From Candidatus Bathyarchaeia archaeon (lineage in GTDB: Archaea > Thermoproteota > Bathyarchaeia > Bathyarchaeales > Bathycorpusculaceae), in contig JBEKSS010000004.1 of assembly GCA_049516875.1 (NCBI GenBank), positions 32,001 through 96,000 of the forward strand: a DNA stretch of 64,000 nucleotides. Reading direction: 5' to 3'. A program made the translations under genes and the position numbers. Below the pieces are notes generated by a model, which did not search any database, was not told the DNA's origin, and saw nothing but the letters and a program-made list of their open reading frames with translations. Numbering within the stretch: the first letter of the stretch is position 1; every line of letters starts with the position of its first letter. Shown here one piece after another: positions 21,204 to 30,744 of this stretch.

Positions 21204-22097
21204 ATGAGACGGTCCCAAGACAACCCGATCCTTCAGCCAATAGCATCTAACCCCTGGGAATCGAAAGAAGTATTCAACGCTGCCGCCATAAGAGTCGGCA
21301 AACGAGTCCACATACTATACCGGGCAATAGGTAACGACGGCATATCCCGCATCGGATACGCCGCCTCCTCTGACGGATACAAAATCGACGAGCGGTCACC
21401 AGTCCCCGTTTTTGAACCCCACAACGAAGCTGAACGCTGGGGATGCGAGGACCCCAGACTAACGCTCTTCGGCGACCAAATAATAATGTCTTACACAGCC
21501 CTTTCCGAAATTGACCACGAACAGCTCTACCAGATCTCACTAGTATCCATCGCAATTGGCGATTTCTTGAGCAAACAATGGAAATGGAACGAACGACTAT
21601 TGCCATTCAGAGGCATACACAACAAAGACGCCGTCATTTTCCCAAAAAAAATCGGAGGCAAGTACGTCATGTTTCATCGCCTAGAGCCAGACATGTGCGT
21701 GGCGTACTCCGACGACCTCAGAAGATGGTACGACATCAGGTCCTTGATGAGACCAAGAAGGAAAAGCTGGGACTGCTGGAAAGTAGGCGCAGCCGGACCC
21801 CCCATCGAACTCAACGAGGGCTGGCTCCTTATCTACCACGGCGTGAGTTTCGAGAAGGTCTATTCGCTTGGCGTAATCCTGCTGGACAGAGACAATCCCG
21901 AAACCATTCTGTACCGCTCCGAAACACCCATACTAACACCCGTCACCGACTACGAGCGCTTCGGCAAAGTGCCTAACGTGGTGTTCAGCTGTGGAAACGT
22001 ACTCATCAACGACGAAGTCCTAGTGTACTACGGAGGCGCCGACAGCGTAATGTGCGTGGCAACATACGAACTAAACGAACTAATGCCCAAAAAATAA
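21204..22097 (+). CDS. GH130 glycoside hydrolase/phosphorylase
   Basis: VFNAAA, LYRA, GCEDPR, NKDAVIFP, LIYHGV, VPNVVFSCG, YYGGAD. Confidence 0.92.
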   Translation: MRRSQDNPILQPIASNPWESKEVFNAAAIRVGKRVHILYRAIGNDGISRIGYAASSDGYKIDERSPVPVFEPHNEAERWGCEDPRLTLFGDQIIMSYTALSEIDHEQLYQISLVSIAIGDFLSKQWKWNERLLPFRGIHNKDAVIFPKKIGGKYVMFHRLEPDMCVAYSDDLRRWYDIRSLMRPRRKSWDCWKVGAAGPPIELNEGWLLIYHGVSFEKVYSLGVILLDRDNPETILYRSETPILTPVTDYERFGKVPNVVFSCGNVLINDEVLVYYGGADSVMCVATYELNELMPKK

Positions 22098-22168
22098 AAC
22101 CCCAACTAAGCAAACGCTCAACCGAACTTGACGACCACCGGAACCAAAGCTAAGAAGCCCGGCAACCG

Positions 22169-22522
22169 TCACATCAACAACATGCTATTCTCCATGGAGT
22201 CTTTTGTCTGAACCGCCATTACAGGCGATTCTATGGAAAAATACGCGTCCCCGCTTGCATACCCGCAGACCGAAAAGTAAGCCCGCGCCAATGAAGAGAC
22301 AAAAACCCGAAACTTAACATTCTCATCTGCGCTGGGCATCAAAGCGTAGACAAAGCACCCAGCGCAATCAACTGAAAACCCCGGATCTGGGGAGTGCAGC
22401 CGCAAAACCAAATTCTTCAAGATGCTGCTTCCAACGTTTTTCAGGTTCAACGTCAAGAAGTGGTCACCTGCAATCTTCGTTGTCGATAACAACTTAAACT
22501 CCAACCGAACCTTAACGACCAC
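22169..22522 (-). CDS. Hypothetical beta-rich (CARDB/Ig-like) protein
   Basis: Likely GTG start after AGGAGGT; LTLNLKNVG...LKNLVLRL pattern. Confidence 0.55.
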   Translation of the reverse strand: MVVKVRLEFKLLSTTKIAGDHFLTLNLKNVGSSILKNLVLRLHSPDPGFSVDCAGCFVYALMPSADENVKFRVFVSSLARAYFSVCGYASGDAYFSIESPVMAVQTKDSMENSMLLM

Positions 22523-22719
22523 CTTGAACCTCCTAATACTCAGAAACTCGAACAGACATATTATATTCCTCGGCAAAGCTCTTAAAACTTTGCGCGCGCG
22601 CATTTGGGGTCAAATCCCACCGGACCCGCTCATATATAGTGTGTGCTTCTTCTCTGAAACACTACAAAATCGAGTTACTCGGTCTCCAGTGTGCGTACAA
22701 TCAGAGTCGCATGGAGACT

Positions 22720-22932
22720 GCGCGCGCTATAAATTCTCGTCAATAAAATGTAGGATAACCTTAGTATTTTACCGGTAAACATGTGTTCAATTGTTAGCCC
22801 CCGCACACTAAGGTCCTAAATTGAGTTTATTTCGGCTAATTAAGCTCAGAATAAGCCTAAAATTAGAATGCGGGGGGTGGGACCCCCACCCGAGTTTACC
22901 GGTAAAATGTGTCTGGAACGTTCGCGCGCGCG
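22720..22932. repeat. ~213-bp imperfect palindrome with (GC)4 at both ends
   Basis: Perfect 15-bp IR ATTTTACCGGTAAAC 22766-80 / 22894-908; CCCCCGCA/TGCGGGGG; central TGAGTTTATT/AATTAAGCTCA. Confidence 0.85.
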
Positions 22933-23065
22933 ACCTTTATTAGGAGCCTGAGAGCCTTACTTGACAACTCAAACGATGGAGACGCATAAGGTTGAAAATG
23001 CTTTGCTGTGAGCCAATCAATGGCTGCTGCGGGCGTTCTCCATTTAACCACATGATAAAAGAGGA

Positions 23066-24022
23066 TTGGTTACTTTGACAACTCCTATTATCGAGGCCGT
23101 GAATCTCTCCAAACGCTACGGCTCGTTTACTGCCGTGTCAGACCTAAACTTGAAAATTGAAGGGTCAAAGTGTGTTGGATTCCTAGGCCCGAACGGTGCA
23201 GGAAAGACAACTACTCTCAAAATGTTTACTGATCTGATCAGGCCGTCCGCTGGAGATGCTCTCATAAACGGTGTAAACGTGCACACTCAGAAGAAAAAAG
23301 CACTTGCTTCTGTGAGTGCTCTGATTGAAACTCCCGAAATCTACCCTTCGCTAACGCCCAGAGAAGCGCTCATGATGATAGCCGAGATAAGAGGCGTGCC
23401 AAGCACAGAGCGGAGCAAGAGAATAGAGGAAGCCGTTTCAGAAGTTCACATGGAGGAATGGATTGATAAGAGGGTTGGCAAGTTCTCCAAGGGAATGAAA
23501 CAGAGGATATGCATCGCCTCTGCGCTTCTGAGCGATCCAACCATACTTCTCCTGGACGAGCCTACCAACGGTCTTGACCCAAGAGGAATGAGCGAAGTCA
23601 GAGGCATCGTAAAATCCCTTAAGACCAAGAAGAGACTGATTTTCATGAGCTCCCACATTCTCAGTGAAGTTTCAGAAGTCTGCGACGAAGTCGCAATGAT
23701 CGACCATGGAAAACTAATCGTTTACGACACGATTCCCAACGTGACAGCCAAGTTCACAGGAGGAGAAAACATCGTGGAGGTTGAGTTGCACCGTCCAATC
23801 GATTCCGAGCTGACAATCAAGAAGATAGCAGCCATTCCAAGCATAATCACGGCAGAGAAAAAAGACGACAAGAACTTGACAATCAGGTTCAGCGGAGGTT
23901 CGGACGCACAAGAAAAGATCCTCTCTGACCTGGTGAAAATGAACATTGGAGTAATCAGTTACAGACCCGCGTCATCAGAACTCGAAGACGCATACCTCAA
24001 ACTTATCACAAGCACGGTGTGA
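23066..24022 (+). CDS. ABC-2 transporter ATP-binding protein
   Basis: GPNGAGKTT, FSKGMKQR, LLLDEP, SSH. Confidence 0.95.
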   Translation: MVTLTTPIIEAVNLSKRYGSFTAVSDLNLKIEGSKCVGFLGPNGAGKTTTLKMFTDLIRPSAGDALINGVNVHTQKKKALASVSALIETPEIYPSLTPREALMMIAEIRGVPSTERSKRIEEAVSEVHMEEWIDKRVGKFSKGMKQRICIASALLSDPTILLLDEPTNGLDPRGMSEVRGIVKSLKTKKRLIFMSSHILSEVSEVCDEVAMIDHGKLIVYDTIPNVTAKFTGGENIVEVELHRPIDSELTIKKIAAIPSIITAEKKDDKNLTIRFSGGSDAQEKILSDLVKMNIGVISYRPASSELEDAYLKLITSTV

Positions 24023-24028
24023 TCAAAC

Positions 24029-24907
24029 ATGAACGAAACAGAAACAATATCTGAGAACAAAGTGCCGAGCAGCCTTACACAAGTCGGCATCACTATGAAA
24101 TACACGTTCCTCGACTACTTCAGATCGCGCAGATTCTTCATACTCCTAATTATCACTCTCATCATAAGTGCCATCCTCACCGTCTTGGTGGGATACTACC
24201 GCCCCCAAATTTTTCTAGGTGATCCAACTCTTGACGCGAGCACGCGCGAGCTGATATTCTATTCAAGCTGGTGGGGCCGCAGCGTCACCTTCGTGATCAT
24301 ACTCGGAGGGATATTCTTCGGCGGAGACGCCATCAGCGGCGAATTCCAAAACAAAACGGGCTACTTCGGAGTTCCAAACCCCATCCGAAGATCGAGCATA
24401 TACATTGGCAAGTGGCTATCGGCCTTTATTGCAGCCACCATAATCTTCGCCATCTTTGCAGCCATCACCGTTGGCAACGGGTTATACTACTTCGGCGCTA
24501 ACGTCCCCATCCAATTTGGTCAATCACTTCTCTACGCCTGGTTTTACCTAGCCGCAGTAATGGGCTTCACTTTCTTCTTCAGTTCACTGTTCAAGAGCAA
24601 CAGCATGTCTATCCTCGTGACCGCGATCCTTTTTCTCTTCGTGTTCTCACTGATAGAACTGCTTGTTTCAAGCCTCGTCAATTTTGAACCCTGGTTCATC
24701 CTAACCTACGGGGCCGGAATAATCGGAAACATACTAAACCCCGGAGGGTTCCCGGAACACATCACACATACCCCTGTAGGCCGGGGAGGATTGACCATAA
24801 CCTCCTACAGTGCCTATGTCCCCGAAGGCCTAGTCATAATAGGACTGTACTTCATCATAACCGCGATATTGGGATTGGTCCTCTTCGAGAGGAAAGAGTT
24901 TACCTAG
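24029..24907 (+). CDS. ABC-2 transporter permease
   Basis: 6 TM; DAISGEFQNKTG...PIRRSSIYIGK. Confidence 0.9.
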   Translation: MNETETISENKVPSSLTQVGITMKYTFLDYFRSRRFFILLIITLIISAILTVLVGYYRPQIFLGDPTLDASTRELIFYSSWWGRSVTFVIILGGIFFGGDAISGEFQNKTGYFGVPNPIRRSSIYIGKWLSAFIAATIIFAIFAAITVGNGLYYFGANVPIQFGQSLLYAWFYLAAVMGFTFFFSSLFKSNSMSILVTAILFLFVFSLIELLVSSLVNFEPWFILTYGAGIIGNILNPGGFPEHITHTPVGRGGLTITSYSAYVPEGLVIIGLYFIITAILGLVLFERKEFT

Positions 24908-24963
24908 ACGAAAATTGACGGTGAATGACAGAGAGTAAGGAAAGAAAAATGTAGAGGAAGGAG

Positions 24964-25311
24964 GTGAAACAGCTGACTTTTGTAAAAGTTGCTGAAACCT
25001 CGGAGATACTCTCGGGACAAATGAAAGCTATTAGGTTTGGAGAAAAAGAGATTCTGGTTGCCAACGTAAGCGGCCCATATTATGCCATGGGTAATAGATG
25101 TACTCACGCTGGCGGAGACCTTTCCAAGGGAACGTTGGATAGCACAACGGTAACCTGTCCCAAACACGGCGCCAAATTTGACATCACAACGGGCAAGGTT
25201 GTTTCTGGTCCAAAAGTTCTTTTCATGCGCCCAAAAATCAATGACGAGACCTCATCTGAACTGAAAGTTGAAGGAAAAGACATCATGCTCAAAAGCGAAC
25301 AGTCTTATTAA
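24964..25311 (+). CDS. Rieske-type [2Fe-2S] ferredoxin
   Basis: CTHAGG...CPKHGAKFD. Confidence 0.92.
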   Translation: MKQLTFVKVAETSEILSGQMKAIRFGEKEILVANVSGPYYAMGNRCTHAGGDLSKGTLDSTTVTCPKHGAKFDITTGKVVSGPKVLFMRPKINDETSSELKVEGKDIMLKSEQSY

Positions 25312-25637
25312 AGGCGTGATTTGACGGAACACCTGTTCACGCGCTGTTGTCTGCGCATAAGCCACGTTAAGCACTCATAAATGTTGTTTGTCGGAGCTCT
25401 TCGACGCTAAACAAGAATCATATAACGGTGTGACGAGAGTAATCATGCACAGTGGGCAAGGTAGAGTAAACAATGGAGAAAGAAGCGGTTTCTAAGCGCG
25501 CGCGGGTGGTGGGGCCCCACCGGACTTTACCGGTAGAAACACCATGGTACGGCAGGTCTGCCCGTCCCACCTGATCGAACAAATTGGCTAGTTCTTGCTT
25601 AGCGCTGAACAAAAGGCTGTGTTTCAGACAAAGTATT

Positions 25638-26018
25638 CTATGGAAAGAGTTTGAGTCCAAGGGCTTTGAGGGGGCTGAAGTGTTTCAAGTCGAAGGTGAA
25701 GAGGGCTGCCCCGTTGTTTATGGTCATCGCGGCTATCATAGCATCAGTTCTGCGTATGGAAGTTCCATTTTCTTCTGCTTCAAGCTCTATTTTGCTGGAG
25801 AGGACTGCATCCTTTTTCATATAGTTCAAAACAGGTAACAACAGAATCTCTTTGACTGGTTTTCCATACTTGTGGAGGCCGTAGAGTATCTCGTGTATGT
25901 TGATGACAGTTGTGCATATTTCTTCTTCACTCTGAAGAATCTGCTTGAGAGCTTCGTCACCTTTTACTGATTTCTTGTCCAGTATCTCAATCAACACGTC
26001 CGTGTCTATCGCGATCAT
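25638..26018 (-). CDS. vapC: VapC PIN-domain toxin
   Basis: IDTDVLI, EILYG, DAMIAA, LFTFDLKHF; ATGA overlap with the antitoxin. Confidence 0.9.
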   Translation of the reverse strand: MIAIDTDVLIEILDKKSVKGDEALKQILQSEEEICTTVINIHEILYGLHKYGKPVKEILLLPVLNYMKKDAVLSSKIELEAEENGTSIRRTDAMIAAMTINNGAALFTFDLKHFSPLKALGLKLFP

Positions 26019-26227
26019 CTTCTTCGTTCAGCCCTGGAAGAACTTATCTCTGAAAGCATCTCTTTCTTCTTTCTGAACTCTACACTCGCCCTGAGTTTTG
26101 ATAGCGTTTCTAGTGGATCCTTATTTTCTGCAAGCCTATCAAATAGCTCACTGAAGCTTTCATCCTTCTTCTTGATGGTCAGCAGTTTTCTATACACTTC
26201 TTCTCGGATGGTTATAGTCTTGACCAG
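26015..26227 (-). CDS. vapB: VapB-type antitoxin, probable CTG start
   Basis: Frame extends upstream to (CTG)VKTITIREEVYRKL...ESFSELFDRL; GTGAT SD-like upstream. Confidence 0.85.
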   Translation of the reverse strand: MVKTITIREEVYRKLLTIKKKDESFSELFDRLAENKDPLETLSKLRASVEFRKKKEMLSEISSSRAERRR

Positions 26228-26280
26228 GATGGATCACGTGAATCTGTATGTTTAAACGTACACTTAAACATTACTGGAAC

Positions 26281-26549
26281 CGCGCGCGCTGTGCGTGGAC
26301 AAAACAGGCGTAGGAGACGCAGTAGTAGACGAGCTGGAAACAATTCGAGTCGGAAGCGTTAACGGTGTTTTCTTCACGGAAGCTGAAAAAGAAAACATGC
26401 TCAATCGCCTCAAACTCCTCATGAAGAAAAAACTTCTCAAAATCCCAGGCGACGACAGACAACTAATAACCCAGATAAACGAACAGCAATACGAGTACCT
26501 CCAACCCAAAACAGCACAAGAACGAATCCACCTCAAGTTCAAGCATCCA
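26281..26549 (+). pseudogene. Fragment of a viral terminase large-subunit nuclease domain
   Basis: CVDKTGVGDAVVDEL...GVFFT..EKENM...LKIP..RQLITQINEQQYEY...LKFKHP, lacking the ATPase half and the following HDD motif. Confidence 0.7.
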
Positions 26550-26687
26550 TCGATTGTCATTATTGTGCCACTTTTTAAAAATCTCTACTTTTCCAGCATC
26601 AACATGCGTGCAATGTGATGTTCAAAGGTGAATTTCGAATTCACAAAGAATATCTTGCTTTCACAACAACAAAATTCACGACTCATC

Positions 26688-27104
26688 ATGCCAGAAAAAT
26701 CCAAACAAAACAAGAAGAGAATACGCCAAAGCGTGAGAGTTGAAGGCAAAGCCGTCAGAACACTCAGAACATTAAGCAACGAAGAAGCTTTCTATTTCTA
26801 CGAAACCATCGGCAAGCCAACCGGACAGAGCGCCAGAAGCCTCAATGAATTCCTGGACAAAATCAAATCCGTAAAGCTTGAAAGCTTGGTTTTCCATCTC
26901 CAAAGAAATGACTTCAAAAATTGGATTGCAAACACACTCGAAGATCCCAAGCTGGCCCAAAAAATCCAGATGCTCCCCACAGAACACAAAGGCCAGCTCA
27001 GAACAAATATCTGCACAACCGTCGAAGCCCATCTTAAAGAACTAGAAGGAACTTCAGTGCAAGTCGATGACCTCTACGTGTCTCAGCCCAGCATCGCACA
27101 TTAG
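26688..27104 (+). CDS. Stand-alone DUF5752-family protein
   Basis: AFYFYETIGKPTGQSARSLNEF...SLVFHLQRNDFKNWI; homologous to the C-terminus of the GH57 at 30745. Confidence 0.8.
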   Translation: MPEKSKQNKKRIRQSVRVEGKAVRTLRTLSNEEAFYFYETIGKPTGQSARSLNEFLDKIKSVKLESLVFHLQRNDFKNWIANTLEDPKLAQKIQMLPTEHKGQLRTNICTTVEAHLKELEGTSVQVDDLYVSQPSIAH

Positions 27105-27258
27105 AATATCCAAGAACTGATTCAAAGACACCGTCGTTGACTCAACAGACTAGGCATTACAGGCCGCTCCATTCCATCCAGACCCCTGCAGCTCCCACAC
27201 CAATAACAGTTCCTATAGAAACGCGCGCTAGAGATATATCGCAGATGTTCGCTGTCTG

Positions 27259-27828
27259 GTGCCGGGAGACATCAGCTTGGATGAAGCTGACAAAGTTCTG
27301 AAAGAGATCGAAGCGAAAGCCAAGAAAAATTTTCTGCCCATTGTCGGACGCCACAGAGGCCGAATCCTGGTGGAAGCCATCCGCAGAACCAACCCGAAAC
27401 GCGTCTTGGAAGTTGGCACCTTCATCGGTTACTCGGCAATTCTGATGGCCAAAGAACTTGAAAGCAGCGCTCAAGTGATAGCCATCGAAATCGATGCGGA
27501 CGAAGCAGAATTAGCGCGAGAAAACATAAGAAGGGCAAAGGTAACCCCAACAATAGAAGTAATAACAGGCGACGCAGTAGAAGTCATTCCCAGGCTGTCA
27601 GGCGAGTTTGACATGGTTTTCATGGATGCCAAAAAAACCGAGTATATGCGGTATCTTCAACTGGTCGAACCTAAACTTCACAAAGGAAGCATAATCGTTG
27701 CGGACAACGCGCGCACCCACGCAGACGAGATGAAAGACTACTTAAACCATGTCAGATGTTCAGGCAAATACGGTAGCAAATACGTGTCGGTGGATGAAGA
27801 CGGACTTGAAATAAGCATCAAACTGTGA
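27259..27828 (+). CDS. O-methyltransferase (Methyltransf_3); start uncertain
   Basis: VLEVGTFIGYSA, FDMVFMDAKK, IVADN. Confidence 0.92.
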   Translation: MPGDISLDEADKVLKEIEAKAKKNFLPIVGRHRGRILVEAIRRTNPKRVLEVGTFIGYSAILMAKELESSAQVIAIEIDADEAELARENIRRAKVTPTIEVITGDAVEVIPRLSGEFDMVFMDAKKTEYMRYLQLVEPKLHKGSIIVADNARTHADEMKDYLNHVRCSGKYGSKYVSVDEDGLEISIKL

Positions 27829-27991
27829 AAATGAACCAAAACTTTTCACGTACAAAGCAATCCTCTGGGTTGCACTTTCTTCTCCTGAATCTGTAATATG
27901 CGGCCTTAGTTCATATTTCTACTTCACAAGAGACATATCTCACTCGTGTCAGAACGTGAGATTGCAGCGAAGCGGATGAAGAAAAGGCGGC

Positions 27992-28453
27992 GTGACGATT
28001 TTGTTAAACAGCATCCTCATCGTTGACGATGACATTGGAGTGAGAAATATGCTCTCTTCAGTCCTGTACGATGGGGGATATCTGATTGAAGGTGTGGAAA
28101 ACGGCAAAGAAGCCATCAAAGCCTGTGAGGAATCGTCTTTTGACGTTGCCCTTATTGACATCGAGCTGCCGGACATGAAAGGCACTGAACTGCTTAACAG
28201 ACTGAAAAAGTTGCAGCCAAAAATGATCAGGATAATCATCACGGGTCACCCCTCAATCGAAAGCGCTATGAAGGCCGTCAACGAAAGAGCCGACGGATAC
28301 GTACTAAAGCCTTTCGAGGTGACAGAGTTGCTGGAAATGATAGCAAGACTCTTGACCGAGAAAACGAATGAATATCTTCGTATCTCTACAGAGATCACAA
28401 GTGCAAAAGAGAGCACTCCTGCCGTTAAGTATCAACGCCCAGACCGATGGTAG
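27992..28453 (+). CDS. Response regulator receiver protein
   Basis: ILIVDDD, LIDIELPD, IIITGH, YVLKP. Confidence 0.92.
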   Translation: MTILLNSILIVDDDIGVRNMLSSVLYDGGYLIEGVENGKEAIKACEESSFDVALIDIELPDMKGTELLNRLKKLQPKMIRIIITGHPSIESAMKAVNERADGYVLKPFEVTELLEMIARLLTEKTNEYLRISTEITSAKESTPAVKYQRPDRW

Positions 28454-28696
28454 GGCGCGAAGCTCTGAGTCCGCGCTCTGACCTTCTTTCCTTTTCCCCT
28501 GGCTCACAGGCTTCAGATATTCCAATAAAGTCTAGTCTGGTGTATGTCAAGTCTTCTTAAGCTGCTCAGCTATCCTGAACAACCAAAACCTTCACCAAAG
28601 CCATCGCATCATCAAGCTCTATATTTCATAATGGCCAGCATATCTATTACTTTTCGGAAAGACAACAGGATTTGATAGATTGCCCAGCACAACTGG

Positions 28697-28852
28697 CTAA
28701 TGTATACCGATAAGGCTTAGCGGAATGAAAACCCCAGTGCAACCGCCTGGAATGAACGTGCCTCTGCACTCGGGACATTTGCACAGACCATTTCCGGCCT
28801 CCACCATCTGTGTCCCGCAGTCTGGACATTTCGGACAAGTTTTCTTAGGCAT
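28697..28852 (-). CDS. 51-aa Zn-ribbon microprotein (not in ORF track)
   Basis: MPKKTCPKCPDCGTQMVEAGNGLCKCPECRGTF...; strong SD GGAGGTGA upstream. Confidence 0.75.
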   Translation of the reverse strand: MPKKTCPKCPDCGTQMVEAGNGLCKCPECRGTFIPGGCTGVFIPLSLIGIH

Positions 28853-29236
28853 AACCTCACCTCCGATACAACACTTACCTTCGTCACTTCCCCATTCTGG
28901 TTCTTCCCTAAGTTCTATTTAAAGACAGCAGTCGCACCAGCACTGTCGTCCTCCACTGCAGGCGACCGATTCAATGAGCGGCGCGATTGAGTGCACGTAG
29001 TCAAGAGTATGATGGTTATTATGGGAAATCCTAACAAAACGTAGCGCGTGCTTCTTGTAAGAGCGAACTTGACAGCTTAGAAACACAGTCTCTAACCTGG
29101 AATAGAACTTAGCACCTCGGAACATGAAGGACAAACTGACTATCACCAGTCAAACCTAACTCAAACATGCAAAAGGACAATAAGCCATGCTAGAAACACG
29201 CAATAGAACAGCGTTACATAAAGAATAAATCAGACC

Positions 29237-29470
29237 ATGACCCTAAACAGTTCGGGAGAAAGGTTGAACCTAGAAGAAATCGAAGACTTCCACAAATCGC
29301 TACGAGCCTGTCCAGAATGCAAATCTGCCGAAGGTTTCTGGCTCATCGCAAAACGCGACGCGACCTTTTTCCAGTGCAAGCACTGCGCAGCCACTCTCGA
29401 AGCCTGCAAAATCTTTGCCACCCGAAAAGAACCAAAAGATTACAAGCTGGTCATAAAACTCCGCAGATAA
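29237..29470 (+). CDS. Small Zn-ribbon protein
   Basis: CPEC...QCKHC, 77 aa. Confidence 0.7.
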   Translation: MTLNSSGERLNLEEIEDFHKSLRACPECKSAEGFWLIAKRDATFFQCKHCAATLEACKIFATRKEPKDYKLVIKLRR

Positions 29471-29576
29471 CCAGCACGCTCGAAACCTAATTCACAGCGT
29501 TGACAAAACCTCAACCACACACCCTCACAACAAACTTGCTCCCCCTTCACTCTCACTCTTCACATCCATCGCAGAG

Positions 29577-29798
29577 TTTTGAGGCTCAAAAAAATCACGG
29601 ATTGAGTACTCAAACACAAGGACTCCGATTCTAACACGAGAAACCCAACACCCAAAACTTCTGACACTCAAAAACCTCGCAGAATTGAGTAAAAAAAGCG
29701 CTGAACCAACATGCTTCAACAATGTTTTGACACTCAAAGAAATCACGGATTGAGTACTCAAACACAAGGACTCCGATTTCAACACGAGAACCCCAACA
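29577..29798 (+). repeat. ACTCAA-box dispersed repeat, copy 2 (A-B-A, 148-bp period)
   Basis: Unit A at 29577 and 29725 nearly identical; unit B between them. Confidence 0.92.
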
Positions 29799-29872
29799 TA
29801 AGCCCCATCCGAACCAATCGTTTAAATCCTCACAGAAAGATATCATTCAGAAAAGCGGAAGCTGGAACCCAA

Positions 29873-30652
29873 ATGTCGTACGTTTTCAACATTCCGTTCC
29901 GAGACAATCAAAAACTAAAGCACGTCATGGACGAAGTGAAAAAAGACACGAAACTGCAGACTTTATGGAGATGCGCGAACGTGATGGCTATCGATCGCAT
30001 GGGCTACACAGACCACGGACCCACCCACGTCAAAATCGTCTCCAACGTCGCACTCAAAATCCTGAGAATCCTAGTTGACAAAAAAGTCGTGCCCAGCATC
30101 GTCAAAAACTACAACATGAAAAACGATGATGCCGAAGTAGTCGTCGTGTTAGGCTCAATCTTTCACGATTTAGGCATGACCGTCATAAGAGAAGGACACG
30201 CGTTCTACGGCGCATTGCTTGCCTCACAGCTCATCGAGAAATACTTACAATCGATTTACTCTGAGGAGGAACGCACCATCATCCTGTCCGAAGTGATGCA
30301 CTGCATAGTGTCCCATGAAGACCCAATTAAACCCCTGACCGTAGAGGCAGGCATCGTACGCATTTCCGACGCCCTAGACATGGAAGAAGGAAGAGCCCGC
30401 ATCCCATTCCAAGCAGGAAAAGTTGACATCCACTCTGTTTCCGCGCTGTCAATCGAGAAGGTAAGCATTCAAGAAGGCGAACCAAAACCCGTCACAATAA
30501 GAATAACAATGTCTAACTCTGCAGGAGTCTTCCAAATAGACGATCTGCTCAAGCCCAGAATCGAAAACTCCGGCCTTCAAAACTACATCCACGTTATCGC
30601 GGAGATTACCGGGGAAAGAGAAAGGAAGATAATAGACAAATTCGAAATATGA
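29873..30652 (+). CDS. HD-domain phosphohydrolase
   Basis: DHGPTH, FHDLG, SH, DALDM; ATG 29873 preferred because the ORF-track extension is repeat DNA. Confidence 0.9.
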   Translation: MSYVFNIPFRDNQKLKHVMDEVKKDTKLQTLWRCANVMAIDRMGYTDHGPTHVKIVSNVALKILRILVDKKVVPSIVKNYNMKNDDAEVVVVLGSIFHDLGMTVIREGHAFYGALLASQLIEKYLQSIYSEEERTIILSEVMHCIVSHEDPIKPLTVEAGIVRISDALDMEEGRARIPFQAGKVDIHSVSALSIEKVSIQEGEPKPVTIRITMSNSAGVFQIDDLLKPRIENSGLQNYIHVIAEITGERERKIIDKFEI

Positions 30653-30744
30653 ACCCCCGCCCGCGGTGTCAAACCGCTCTTGCTGGTCGAACAGCAAATA
30701 AGAAATAACCAACCAGCCCATAAAGAAACAGCAGAGGACAAAAG

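Noticed and set aside
9438-22932. Canonical integron attC sites
   Set aside because: No RYYYAAC/GTTRRRY ends, genes lie in both orientations and no IntI is visible; kept only as an analogy.
8354-27231. (GC)n tracts as functional Z-DNA
   Set aside because: The tracts are only 6-10 bp, and their link to breakpoints and palindrome ends is better explained by recombination; this cannot be tested from sequence alone.
29577-29798. Possible mini-CRISPR array
   Set aside because: Sequence between the boxes is conserved among copies, unit spacing is irregular and no cas genes are present.
29525-29846. ORFs with FEYSIRDFFECQ-type peptides (also 17425-17622 and 35751-35933)
   Set aside because: They are translations of the ACTCAA DNA repeat with inconsistent starts and stops, so the similarity reflects the repeat rather than a protein family.
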